Source: Leptolyngbyaceae cyanobacterium (lineage in GTDB: Bacteria > Cyanobacteriota > Cyanobacteriia > Phormidesmidales > Phormidesmidaceae). Taken from it: a DNA stretch of 64,000 nt. How positions within the stretch are numbered: position 1 is the first letter of the stretch; every line of letters starts with the position of its first letter. The stretch covers positions 1 through 64,000 of the forward strand of contig CBDHHL010000039.1 of assembly GCA_965263355.1 (NCBI GenBank), given 5' to 3'. Below, one piece after another: positions 48,136-57,428 of the stretch. The notes beneath the pieces were generated by a model. It did no database searches and was not told the origin of the DNA. It saw only the letters and a list, made by a program, of their open reading frames with translations. The translations under genes and the position numbers were made by a program.

Positions 48136-50016
48136 TTAGCTTTCATCCATTACTGTAGGGCAATTTTCAGGAATAACAAATGCTTCAAACCGTTGGCCTG
48201 GCCCTCTCGCTGGCCTATTTTTGAGTGCCTTAACGAAGCTTTCATTATTTAATCCCAACGGGATAGCGTCACCACCAATAACAGCGTTTAGTCCATCGCG
48301 TCGATAATGACCCCAAGAGCTGGCACAGGAGCAATAGCGAAGCCCATAGGCCAAAGCTCTGATATCTTCGCATTTTGGGCAAAATATAAGCTTCATCACA
48401 AACTTCAATAAGCCGCTGCCAACCTAGGCATCTTATATCGTGAAAGCAGCGGGCACACACACATTATAAAGGCTCAGGACTTAATAAAATCCTGAGCCTT
48501 TTAGCATTAAACCTTAGTCACCGTTGCCCCTGGATTATCGGCCCTTGCCTCTCTCAAGGCTTGAGCATAATCTTGGTAAACGTATTCAACCGTTGGACCA
48601 TTATTTATCTTGAACTTGAACGTCTGTAACTTCTGCTTCATATTCTTGACTTTTTCCGAATATTTCCAATAGCAATTTTTGTGATACACCTGATTGTTTT
48701 TGAGCTTTTTTAGCAGCTTCTGCAAGTGCCAGCTCAATACTTCTATCTGAAAGTAGACTGCTTAGTATTTCCATGAATTCCTTCTTTGCCTAAATTGTGT
48801 TTTATGGAATCCTCCATCATGAGCTTTAGAGTCCCCAAACGATGTTTTCCGATGACTTCCTGACGGCTTCGCGATCGACTGTTGCACATAGCCGAGCGCC
48901 TTTAATGCCGCCACACTAAGCCAACCAACACGCGGCAGAAATGCATCTCCTGTAACAGTATCAAAAGACAAATTAATGTCTTGTCCTTTATGCTTGAAAG
49001 GCCACTGAATGACCCGTTGACTATTACAACTTTTCAAGATATTCCCCCATTGCTTTTGAAATAACGATTTCACGTTGTTTCTGAGTTTTAACCGGCATTC
49101 CTGTTATGGCTGCATACTGACGGATTGCCAGGTTTAGCGCCGTTGGTTCTGTGGCTGTAGCGATCGTTTTAGCTACAAATTGTCGCCATTCTTTAGAACT
49201 AAGGACTTTAGCCATGGTTATTTAACGCTTGCAAGATTTTCATTTTTGTTTCGTTATCAACGCCTTGAAGTTGATTAACCAAGTCAGGCATCAACAAATT
49301 AATTTTTTCTTGCTTGCTTAACCCTGTCGGCAGAGTCGGCCTAGTAGCTGTCAAAAGCTTTTTATTAATTGGCCTTCTTTCTTCCCGTTGCCATGCCTGA
49401 ATCGCCATAATCTTTCTCGTAATAAACATCAATCCTTGGCCAAAGAACAACATACAAAGCAGTTAATACAAGGGATGCCGCCAAGATTACGATCCCTACC
49501 TGCAAGAAAAGACTTACCATTTTACTGAAACCTGCGTACACAACGCCTTTTGTTGTTGATAATCGTAGATCGCTTCCTCGTGAGTCGCGAAACATCGGTC
49601 AGACACTAGAATATTTGTTTTCCATGTCCAAAAACCATCTGAAGACTGGAAATATGTAACTTGATCCACTACTGCAACTCCTATTCGTTTTACTGATCAG
49701 AAAAAGCTAAATGTATTTTCAGTAAATCTGAAAGATGTTGTTTTTCAATTTCGAGAAGAGCTTTTTCGTTATTTTTTTGACACAATTCAGCGTCGAGATT
49801 GATATACTCTTCGTTCGTGCTTGTTAGATGGCTTAATGCAGCTTTGCGAGCGTCTGCATTTTTTAACGTTTTATCACTATTAACTTCCTGGCTTAATTCA
49901 GTAAGCTTTAGTGACATCGCTTTATTAATGCCAGCAATTAAATTAGATGTCGCTAATATATCTAACTTAATCTGATGCAACTTATCAGCTAGATCAATGC
50001 ATTCGTTTTTCATCAC
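48136..50016 (-). CDS. Run of small leftward early genes (48136-48408 Cys-rich, 48762-49073, 49024-49215, 49208-49453, 49690-50016 coiled coil)
   Basis: Co-oriented short ORFs; hairpin terminator AAAGGCTCAGGA/TCCTGAGCCTTT at 48468-48501. Confidence 0.55.
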
Positions 50017-50273
50017 AATTCTTCTGCTAGTTGTTTAATAAACTCTCTAACACCCTGTTCATTCCTGGTGTAATCGACGAAACTTGCCCGTTTTACACCA
50101 GTCACAAGACCCGCAGCTTCTAACTGCCTCAAATGCCTAGAAGCCGTAGGATGATGCACCCCTAAGGCGATAGCAACCTGGCCACTAGTGAGCACGCTTT
50201 CTCTTTTCAGCACTTGCATAACCTCCAGTCGGCCAGGGTTAGCAAGCGCTGAAAGACAATCATGTACGCTCAT
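50013..50273 (-). CDS. ArsR/SmtB-family HTH regulator
   Basis: ALANPGRLEV...VHHPTASRHLRQLEAAGLV...Y. Confidence 0.85.
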   Translation of the reverse strand: MSVHDCLSALANPGRLEVMQVLKRESVLTSGQVAIALGVHHPTASRHLRQLEAAGLVTGVKRASFVDYTRNEQGVREFIKQLAEEL

Positions 50274-50601
50274 TTTCCGTTTTTAGGCAAGTAACAGAGA
50301 GTTTCCCAACATATAAACCGCTGTGTTTTCGACGCTTTGACGGCTCGATAAAGACTTCAGCGATATCCCCAGACTGATAACCGTTAATAGGTCTTAACGG
50401 ATAGTTTGGATGCTGTTTATTCTCGGCAATGGCTGCAGCTTTGCAATCCTCCAGGGAGCCTGTTGCTGCAACTGGCTGGCCATATGGCGAATACTCCCAG
50501 CGCATAGCTGTGAGATTGAATCCGATGTGGCCCAGTTTCTCTGCCTCGTTCAGGACAATCCATTGAGTGCTGTGAGTTTGGCGAAATGTTATGGTGGTCA
50601 T
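50260..50601 (-). CDS. Hypothetical protein ending in an IscB C-terminal-like segment
   Basis: ATG 50601; GYQSGDIAEV...SGLYVGKLSV resembles IscB GFQTGDxV...GxYxGRV. Confidence 0.55.
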   Translation of the reverse strand: MTTITFRQTHSTQWIVLNEAEKLGHIGFNLTAMRWEYSPYGQPVAATGSLEDCKAAAIAENKQHPNYPLRPINGYQSGDIAEVFIEPSKRRKHSGLYVGKLSVTCLKTENERT

Positions 50602-50631
50602 AAGGCTAAATAATTGTGGGATCTTCTCCCA

Positions 50632-50885
50632 AGCATTGCTGTAAAGTTTGCCTCGAAACTGTTGGGAAAGGTTGATAGACAAGAGACACAGGCTTATAAA
50701 CCGTTCGTCTATACTGTTTAATCTCAAGTCCTCAGAGCTACAAACTGGCGGTCATTCGCAGGTGAGTCGCATTAAAGCGTCACTTTCTCAACGTAGATAC
50801 TTAAACCCTTGCTTTCGCAACTTCAGTCATTTCTGAAGATTCTGCACGTTACTTCCCTGCTAAGCAGGTTTGACTACATCTGTAC
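50632..50885 (-). ncRNA. HEARO/IscB omega-RNA-like structured RNA without iscB
   Basis: Ordered landmarks CTACGTT, ACC..TG..GCCAGT...GCTCTG, TTAAACAG, CGAGGCAAACTTTAC with helices preserved. Confidence 0.75.
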
Positions 50886-50901
50886 GGATTTGTCTAGGTT
50901 T

Positions 50902-50997
50902 TTAGTAACGGTTCCAGTTAAGTTCTATGTGCCCCTGGTAGCCTTTCTCTGGCAGAAAAATAGACCAGGAGTCACTGCCTTTTTCTTTTAGTGTCAT
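50902..50997 (-). CDS. 31-aa leader ORF MTLKEKGSDSWSIFLPEKGYQGHIELNWNRY
   Basis: AAGGA RBS right after the promoter. Confidence 0.4.
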   Translation of the reverse strand: MTLKEKGSDSWSIFLPEKGYQGHIELNWNRY

Positions 50998-51026
50998 TTT
51001 CCTTTTTTGGAAAGTGTTCAATTCCA

Positions 51027-51055
51027 ATTATGGATGTTATTTCCAAATCTGTCAA
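51027..51055 (-). promoter_or_regulatory. Near-consensus sigma70-type promoter
   Basis: TTGACA-17-CATAAT. Confidence 0.75.
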
Positions 51056-51057
51056 TA

Positions 51058-51411
51058 CTAAATTGCCGCAAACTGTTGAATTGACAGATTAATCTGCTCT
51101 CGCTTCTGCCAAAGGCTGCCTAGCTTTTTAGATTGTTTTTTCTCTAGCCAAACACCATGTTCAAGATAGTAGCTAATCTCATGTGCCTTTAGCCCTCTAT
51201 GGGCCAAAATCTTTTCTAATGCCTGAAAAGAAAAGTCGTCTAGTTGCTTAACATAATTGCCAGAACGCCAAGCCGCAATTGTTTGATGACTTGCTAGTCC
51301 ATCGCAGCGATCGCTTAGGTCTCGAACCGTTGCATCAATTCCAGCTGCTTTAAGTATCTTTTTCGATAGCAGCTCTGATAATCTTTGTTTATATTGCGTT
51401 GATGCTCTCAT
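51058..51411 (-). CDS. Putative HTH regulator
   Basis: TVRDLSDR...SHQTIAAWRSG XRE-like pattern. Confidence 0.5.
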   Translation of the reverse strand: MRASTQYKQRLSELLSKKILKAAGIDATVRDLSDRCDGLASHQTIAAWRSGNYVKQLDDFSFQALEKILAHRGLKAHEISYYLEHGVWLEKKQSKKLGSLWQKREQINLSIQQFAAI

Positions 51412-51421
51412 GGCCGTTAAA

Positions 51422-52273
51422 CTATGAAACTAAAACTTTCAGGCTAATTATTTCGATGGGGGGAAGTGCCCCTAGTGACAACATGCCCTGCTTACATTCA
51501 TGAGCAAGGCTCAAATCAGGCTTGCTTGCTAAATTTACTCCTCTGTAAATAGTATTTACAGATTCCTTTGATTCTAGGATATCAAATTGTTTGGGCGGTC
51601 GCAGTAAATCAATTAAGTATTTTGCTGAACCATCGCTTAAGTTATCGGCTTTATCGCCGACTGCTATCTTCCATCGCCAAACATCATCACATCTAAATGA
51701 TTGATAGCTAGGCAATGCCCACCATTTTTGACGTTTCTTAGATTGCTGGTTCCATTTGCTGCAAAGCCAATTAAATATCTCTTCTCGACTTCGAACCCGT
51801 GGTGGATGGTTGCGAGTATTTAGCCAAAAAATATCAGGGTCTTGGACTAACCCATGCCAGTCACTATCAACGGTGGCCAAATAAATCTGATCGATTAATC
51901 CTGAGCTGCCATCTAGCCATAGCCGAACAATAGCAGCGGCTACGTCGTCGGCTTCTTGTGATTTTATGTCAATCAAAGAAGCACTACTGCTTAATATGCC
52001 CTCCATCGCAGTATGAAATGATGCGGGTTTAGGTTTTCGGCCTGCTTTGTAGTCGGGGAATAACTGATTACGCCAGTAGGGCTTAGAGTCAATTGCCCAG
52101 ACGCATCTACCAGTTGATTGCAACGCGGGAATCCAGCCTAGTGAATTAACCCATTCTGCCGCCATGTAAGCGTAAGCTTTAGCATTAGTTTCGGTTAGGC
52201 CTGCCTTGTCAATCTGTGCCGACATTTGGAAGGCGATCACAGACGTATCAACAACAATTAAATTATTCATCAT
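51422..52273 (-). CDS. 5'-3' exonuclease/flap endonuclease (T5 D15/T4 RNase H-like)
   Basis: VDTS, WAID, WR..FPDYKAGR, EADD, DSD, GDKADN. Confidence 0.9.
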   Translation of the reverse strand: MMNNLIVVDTSVIAFQMSAQIDKAGLTETNAKAYAYMAAEWVNSLGWIPALQSTGRCVWAIDSKPYWRNQLFPDYKAGRKPKPASFHTAMEGILSSSASLIDIKSQEADDVAAAIVRLWLDGSSGLIDQIYLATVDSDWHGLVQDPDIFWLNTRNHPPRVRSREEIFNWLCSKWNQQSKKRQKWWALPSYQSFRCDDVWRWKIAVGDKADNLSDGSAKYLIDLLRPPKQFDILESKESVNTIYRGVNLASKPDLSLAHECKQGMLSLGALPPIEIISLKVLVS

Positions 52274-52551
52274 TAAAAAAATATTTTTGGACTATTTTGA
52301 TCCAGCTTCCAAGTACTTGGGATTAATGCAGGACCGCCATCGCTCCAACCGACAGGGATGACAGGAAAAGAACACTCAGAAGCTTTGCAGCTATTACTTA
52401 ACGGGTTACCCTGCATCAAAGCTGACGGTCTATAACCAGGAAATACGGCCCAGATAAACCCATCAGCGCGAGAAAATACAAGGTAGTAGTGACCGAGAAT
52501 ATTGACGTAATCACCAATATTGCCGTGTAGATTGAATTTCATTTTGAGCAA
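52273..52551 (-). CDS. Hypothetical protein
   Basis: Coupled to the exonuclease gene. Confidence 0.5.
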   Translation of the reverse strand: MLKMKFNLHGNIGDYVNILGHYYLVFSRADGFIWAVFPGYRPSALMQGNPLSNSCKASECSFPVIPVGWSDGGPALIPSTWKLDQNSPKIFF

Positions 52552-52658
52552 AAGTTTCCTCTATTTCTTCTGGTGTAGCTTGACGTTTTCGACCATAATC
52601 ATCAATCCAATATTTGCCATCGTCGTAATACATGGCCTGACCTATTTTGTTTTCACGA

Positions 52659-54200
52659 TCAATCTCTCATTAATTTGTAAATTAAACTTTGAGCTTTAGC
52701 GATGCATTCTTGAAACTCTTTTTCCTGAGCAGAGTCGACGGCGTACCACAATGTTTCTAGCCCTGGGATTGCAAGAAACCCGTCAATTTCGTACTCTTCA
52801 CAAAAGCAGTCAATCAGGCAGATCATGACGTGCATAGCATCGGTTAATGGTCTTAATTGCAGCCAGTCAGCCTTAGCTTTTTTGTTTGCTTTCACTGGCT
52901 CAGGCGGTTTAGCAAAATGCGTTTTAATGTTCGGCTGGCTGGCTAGTGTTTTAGCTAATGCATTCCCTGGAACCGTTGGCATCGGAACCCTAGCTTCAAA
53001 CAGCATGTAACTAGTGGTCGGCTGATCACTAACTCCAGTAATTAAAAATTGCCGAATCATCCAATGATGACTCCAAATAGTGCTTTTGGGCATCCCTGAT
53101 ACATCGTGAGCAGGGTTAAAGCCCATATTGACCATGCCGTTAACGCTATATCCATCGCGAAATGTACGCAAATGTGATTTGCCCCAATTAACTAGAGCAA
53201 TATCATTAGAATCTCGTTTGCTAAGCTTGATTTTTTTGGCTTTTTCGTATTCAGTTTCTATATAAGAAACAAGTTCTTGCCAATCACCAACCGGATATCT
53301 AAGCCCAGTCGTTGCCGCCATGCCATAAAGAATCACTGGGCTTGGGCAATAGATGTTAGAAACCAGTGGCCATAGTTCTTGAAACAATCGAAGGGTTACC
53401 CAGACATCTTGAGCGCAATACTCAAACAGTGTCTGTGGCCCTTCTCCACCAACTGTTTTCAGAATCTCAATTCCCAGCACATCACTAGCTAAACTGGCCA
53501 GATCCATGTCGGACGCCTGAGTTACCCAATCAGGAGCAGGCTTACCATTAGCGATCGCAACCTTGTGCTTCTCATACTGCGATCGTTGTTCTTTGTGAAT
53601 GCCTCTGACAAGCATTGCCAGGGCCATCACATCTATAAATAGACAACGTTCTGGGCCATACTCTGCATAAGAGCTACTAAGAAATTGCGAGTCATGGGCA
53701 GCCCCGTTCTGAGTGATTATGATGCAACCAGTTGGGAACGGAATAGTACGCTGCGCAGTTTCCGTCCAGCGATACATTGGATTTTGCTCTTGCCATGCAT
53801 ACCAGTAACCATCGGCCCCATAGCAAATGCATAGGCAGGGCAACCATGCGTCTATATCAGCGTTGGCTGTGAATGCTTGCAGCTCGATGGATTCAACATC
53901 GAGCACCATGGTTGTAGGCAGATCATCAGGATCTATAAAATCCCAAGTCCAGCCTCCATCAAAGCGAGCCCAACCATTCCCACCTAACTGGTCCAATGTT
54001 GGGATAAATTCAACCGGGAATCGCTCAACTTGCACATTATTTAATAGGGGGGTTAATTCAACTGCAATGTCATACCAAAGATCCCCAACCATTCCTTCTA
54101 GCCAAGCTCGCCATTCGGCACCTGTGGCCCCCTCCTTAGGATATGGATAAGAGCTGAACTTTGGTTCTGTTACTGGTCTAGTAATTGTTGTTGCTGACAT
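52659..54200 (-). CDS. DNA polymerase gamma-like protein: 3'-5' exonuclease intact, polymerase domain reduced
   Basis: VLDVE, QNGAAHD, FIDVMAL, YCAQDVW...CPSPVILYGM; motif-C region reads LAIPGLETLWY. Confidence 0.75.
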   Translation of the reverse strand: MSATTITRPVTEPKFSSYPYPKEGATGAEWRAWLEGMVGDLWYDIAVELTPLLNNVQVERFPVEFIPTLDQLGGNGWARFDGGWTWDFIDPDDLPTTMVLDVESIELQAFTANADIDAWLPCLCICYGADGYWYAWQEQNPMYRWTETAQRTIPFPTGCIIITQNGAAHDSQFLSSSYAEYGPERCLFIDVMALAMLVRGIHKEQRSQYEKHKVAIANGKPAPDWVTQASDMDLASLASDVLGIEILKTVGGEGPQTLFEYCAQDVWVTLRLFQELWPLVSNIYCPSPVILYGMAATTGLRYPVGDWQELVSYIETEYEKAKKIKLSKRDSNDIALVNWGKSHLRTFRDGYSVNGMVNMGFNPAHDVSGMPKSTIWSHHWMIRQFLITGVSDQPTTSYMLFEARVPMPTVPGNALAKTLASQPNIKTHFAKPPEPVKANKKAKADWLQLRPLTDAMHVMICLIDCFCEEYEIDGFLAIPGLETLWYAVDSAQEKEFQECIAKAQSLIYKLMRD

Positions 54201-54529
54201 GATTTATTAGTTTGTTTGAACTTTTGACCGGCCCATTGTGCGTGCTTACGTTTCGCATTTTGAGCTTCTGTTTCTTTTGTATCGTCGTCATGGGCCACAC
54301 CAACAGCTTGGCGACGGTATACCTCAATTAAGTAAGGGATTTTATGCTTTTTCTTATTGAGGCAATCAAGCCGTTGGTCAACATCTACCCACCAAATGCC
54401 ATCAGAACGAGTTAGGCAATAATCACAGCGACATAGGCTAGCGTCTAAGCCTGGGATGATGGCATCCGATGGGGCAGTGCATTTGGTTTTAGAACGACGG
54501 GTTAAGGGTAGTTCTAATTGGTGAGGCAT
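54170..54529 (-). CDS. Hypothetical Cys-rich protein
   Basis: CRCDYC motif; 119 aa. Confidence 0.5.
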   Translation of the reverse strand: MPHQLELPLTRRSKTKCTAPSDAIIPGLDASLCRCDYCLTRSDGIWWVDVDQRLDCLNKKKHKIPYLIEVYRRQAVGVAHDDDTKETEAQNAKRKHAQWAGQKFKQTNKSCQQQQLLDQ

Positions 54530-54531
54530 GG

Positions 54532-55371
54532 TTATACAGGAAAGATTTCTAGTGGGATACCTGCGCCTGTTTTTTTCAGGACTTGAGCGAATTCATTGTC
54601 AATCAAATAAGCTTTCCACTTGTACATGGCCAATGGAACCATGTCGAATTCTTGCAAGCACCATTCTTTATAGCTTTGATACCATTTAGAAATTGGTTTT
54701 TGTTGGTTTCTAATCAAAGCTAAGCTAGCCAACCAGTTCTCAACACTGCGGGCCTGTAATTCACGCTTTCGTTTGATAAGGTACTTTTTGCGATTATCTT
54801 CTGCAATCAATTGAGCGCATGCATACTCTGGATAACAAATTAGTGCAGCTCGGTGCTTAAGGTCTCGGGATTGAGCGCAGTCCTTTGGAAACACATCTTC
54901 GATTTGCTCAACCATTTTAATGAACTTAAGCTCATGGGCTGGGATTGACTCTTCAGCCTCCAATCGGCCTTCAGTCATATAAGTACGAACCCATTTGCTA
55001 ACTTGCAGGGCAAATGCTGGGCTGCACCACATTGCAAATTGAATAGCAATATCAGGGTGTGCCCATGTCCCACCATTACGGCCTTGGATGGTTCTAATAG
55101 GTGGCTCAATATCCTTGCTATCACTAGCATTTTCTGAAAACTCCCCCTCTGAGGGGGTAGATAAGTACGGACACTTTTGATGTCTTAAAAACTCATCAAA
55201 CAATTCTTTCGTGGGCTCGGTTTTTAGCCAATGATCAATTCGCTTGCCGGTAGCATTAGCCATCTGATTGAGATTGATATAGCCATCTTCTCGCTTTTGC
55301 CAGATATCAACTTGATTAAAGCTGCGAACGATATTGGAATCGTTATTGTCGTTGGAAGTGTTTATGGTCAT
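54532..55371 (-). CDS. KilA-N domain protein with primase-like C-terminal domain
   Basis: DGYINLNQMA..GKRIDHW, GTWAHPDIAIQFAMWCSPAFALQV. Confidence 0.85.
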   Translation of the reverse strand: MTINTSNDNNDSNIVRSFNQVDIWQKREDGYINLNQMANATGKRIDHWLKTEPTKELFDEFLRHQKCPYLSTPSEGEFSENASDSKDIEPPIRTIQGRNGGTWAHPDIAIQFAMWCSPAFALQVSKWVRTYMTEGRLEAEESIPAHELKFIKMVEQIEDVFPKDCAQSRDLKHRAALICYPEYACAQLIAEDNRKKYLIKRKRELQARSVENWLASLALIRNQQKPISKWYQSYKEWCLQEFDMVPLAMYKWKAYLIDNEFAQVLKKTGAGIPLEIFPV

Positions 55372-55442
55372 AGTTTTTAGCCTTTTCTTGTTTGATTTGA
55401 ATTACTTGAATTGATGCACCGTGAATTGACGAACTTGACTAG

Positions 55443-57170
55443 TTAGCACATAAAAATCAACTGTTTACGTGCCCTAGTAGCTGCGGTGTACAGCAGCTTT
55501 CGAGGATCCCAAGTTTCGTCAAATTTTGCTTGTGCGTTCGACATAAGAGTCTTCATGTCAAGCACGACAATATCTACTGTTACGCCTTGCAGCCGATGGC
55601 AAGTGCTCACATAGCTGTAACTGGCCTTATCAGCAAAGTTGGCCAAGTCAAAGTAGTCTATCCACAATCTCGTTTTAAGCTTTTGATATTCATACTGCTG
55701 TAAAGGTTTGCCGTTCTTCTTTTCCCACCAATTTTTTAAACCAAACTCTTCCCAAACAGCCTTAGCCTGCTCCCCTTCCTGTCCTCTAATACCTGTAGAT
55801 TTACGACTGCGGGTCTGAGTAACTTTTGCTCGGCTAGCTAGCTGCTTACATTCAAGCTGCCATTGGTCGTACTGAGCTGGGTTGAGCAAACATATTGCTT
55901 TTCGTTCCGAGAACGGTAGCCCTGACTCATAACGCCGATACCGAAAAATCATCCGGCTAAATTTAGTACCAAGCTTTGATGTCATCTCAAATGACTGGTC
56001 TGTAAGAATTGTTCCAGAAGTGCCAAGACTTACATATGCACCCGGTCCGCATAGGTCGCCAAGTTCTAAAAGTGTGCTGGTGTGTTCTTCCAGCTTCGAT
56101 TTTTTCCCACCGCAAGCAACGTCATAAGCATATGAACTGCTACGGCTAACAGCATTCAACGTCAACACAACATCCCCTGGATCGTAAAATAGTCCAGACA
56201 AATCCCCATCTTTGAGAATGCCGCGAATCTGATAATTAAGGGCCATCACCCTAGCGTTAGTCGCTGCAGCAAATCGGATAGACTCCCCAGCTGCGTACAG
56301 TTCTTTAAGTTGAGGCATGACTTCCCACTCTTGCAGAACCATTAAAGTGTCATCTTCCTCCACTCGCTGATGCAGCCAGTTGTAATCTCGTTCAGTACGA
56401 ACCTTATTGCAGTATTCAAGAATTGCGCCCTTATAGCGAACAACCTCTGTTAACTCTTGGAATGACGGCAAAGACTCAACCTTGCTAATTGTTTCGCCAA
56501 TAGGTGGCAGCTGAGCAGGATCCCCCAAGAAAATAATTTGAAAGTCAGGGTGCATCACTGGGTCATTCGCTAGTTCGCAAAAAAGCCCATATAGAAGCTT
56601 GTCGATCATTGACCATTCATCAACTAACAAAAACCTGACTTTTTCTATTCCTTCCTTGAGCTTTCCGCTAGGCACAAACGATTGAACTTCAGCGTCTGAA
56701 GCGTTGCGACGTATCAACAAAGCATCAATTAACGCCGATTCATCCGTACTTCTAAGCTCTTCTTTAATGCCTAAAAGGACATCTAATTTATCTTGGTCCT
56801 TTCGTTTGAACTCAACTGTCTTAGGCCGCAAACCAAGCAATGAATGAGCGGTGGTCACCTCAGTGACAGCACTTCCCCTCAACGAGTTCTCAATCACCCC
56901 TTTAGCTTGATGAGTAGGAGCGCAAGCCCAGACAGGACCATTAATAAGCCCCTCTTCAATAGCAGCCTGCACAACATATTTAATCACGGTGGTCTTTCCC
57001 GTCCCAGCAAAGCCAGTCACACGAGCAAGCTTAGAAGGCTTAAGCCTTAGCCATTCCAGTACCTCAGCTTTAAGAACCTCTTGCTGGCCTGTCAACGTTA
57101 TTTTTGGCGATTCGTCATCGCCAGTAGCCATCAATAATGACGACTGAATCGCCTCAACCATACAAATCAC
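55443..57170 (-). CDS. SF1B helicase (RecD/Dda-like)
   Basis: GFAGTGKT, APTHQA, VDEWSM, GDPAQLPP, HRLQG, YTAATRAR. Confidence 0.9.
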   Translation of the reverse strand: MICMVEAIQSSLLMATGDDESPKITLTGQQEVLKAEVLEWLRLKPSKLARVTGFAGTGKTTVIKYVVQAAIEEGLINGPVWACAPTHQAKGVIENSLRGSAVTEVTTAHSLLGLRPKTVEFKRKDQDKLDVLLGIKEELRSTDESALIDALLIRRNASDAEVQSFVPSGKLKEGIEKVRFLLVDEWSMIDKLLYGLFCELANDPVMHPDFQIIFLGDPAQLPPIGETISKVESLPSFQELTEVVRYKGAILEYCNKVRTERDYNWLHQRVEEDDTLMVLQEWEVMPQLKELYAAGESIRFAAATNARVMALNYQIRGILKDGDLSGLFYDPGDVVLTLNAVSRSSSYAYDVACGGKKSKLEEHTSTLLELGDLCGPGAYVSLGTSGTILTDQSFEMTSKLGTKFSRMIFRYRRYESGLPFSERKAICLLNPAQYDQWQLECKQLASRAKVTQTRSRKSTGIRGQEGEQAKAVWEEFGLKNWWEKKNGKPLQQYEYQKLKTRLWIDYFDLANFADKASYSYVSTCHRLQGVTVDIVVLDMKTLMSNAQAKFDETWDPRKLLYTAATRARKQLIFMC

Positions 57171-57378
57171 CCAAAATCTCTACAACCACAATAGTAGCAA
57201 CCACAACCATACCTGTAAAGACACTTGACAAAAAATAAACGCCACTGACAGGCCAGCAAGCGAGTCCTTCAAAAGCAAAAATCAGAGCAACTGGCACACT
57301 AAAAAGCAAATTTAACGACAGAATGCGGGTTTCAGCGCTTTTCAGCTTTAGTGCATCAGTACTATAGTTTTTGGGCAA
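57154..57378 (-). CDS. Small two-TM membrane protein
   Basis: Hydrophobic 74-aa ORF upstream of the helicase; TTG start. Confidence 0.35.
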   Translation of the reverse strand: MPKNYSTDALKLKSAETRILSLNLLFSVPVALIFAFEGLACWPVSGVYFLSSVFTGMVVVATIVVVEILGDLYG

Positions 57379-57428
57379 AACTTAGATTCTATTTAACAGA
57401 CATTACCCCCCTGGATTCTGCAAAAAAG

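Noticed and set aside
50602..50727. N-terminal extension of ORF 50260-50727
   Set aside because: It runs through the structured RNA; ATG 50601 is the more plausible start.
50860..50885. AGATGTAGTC resembling the group I intron P7' segment
   Set aside because: No matching P7/R element or interrupted gene found; the adjacent sequence fits HEARO better.
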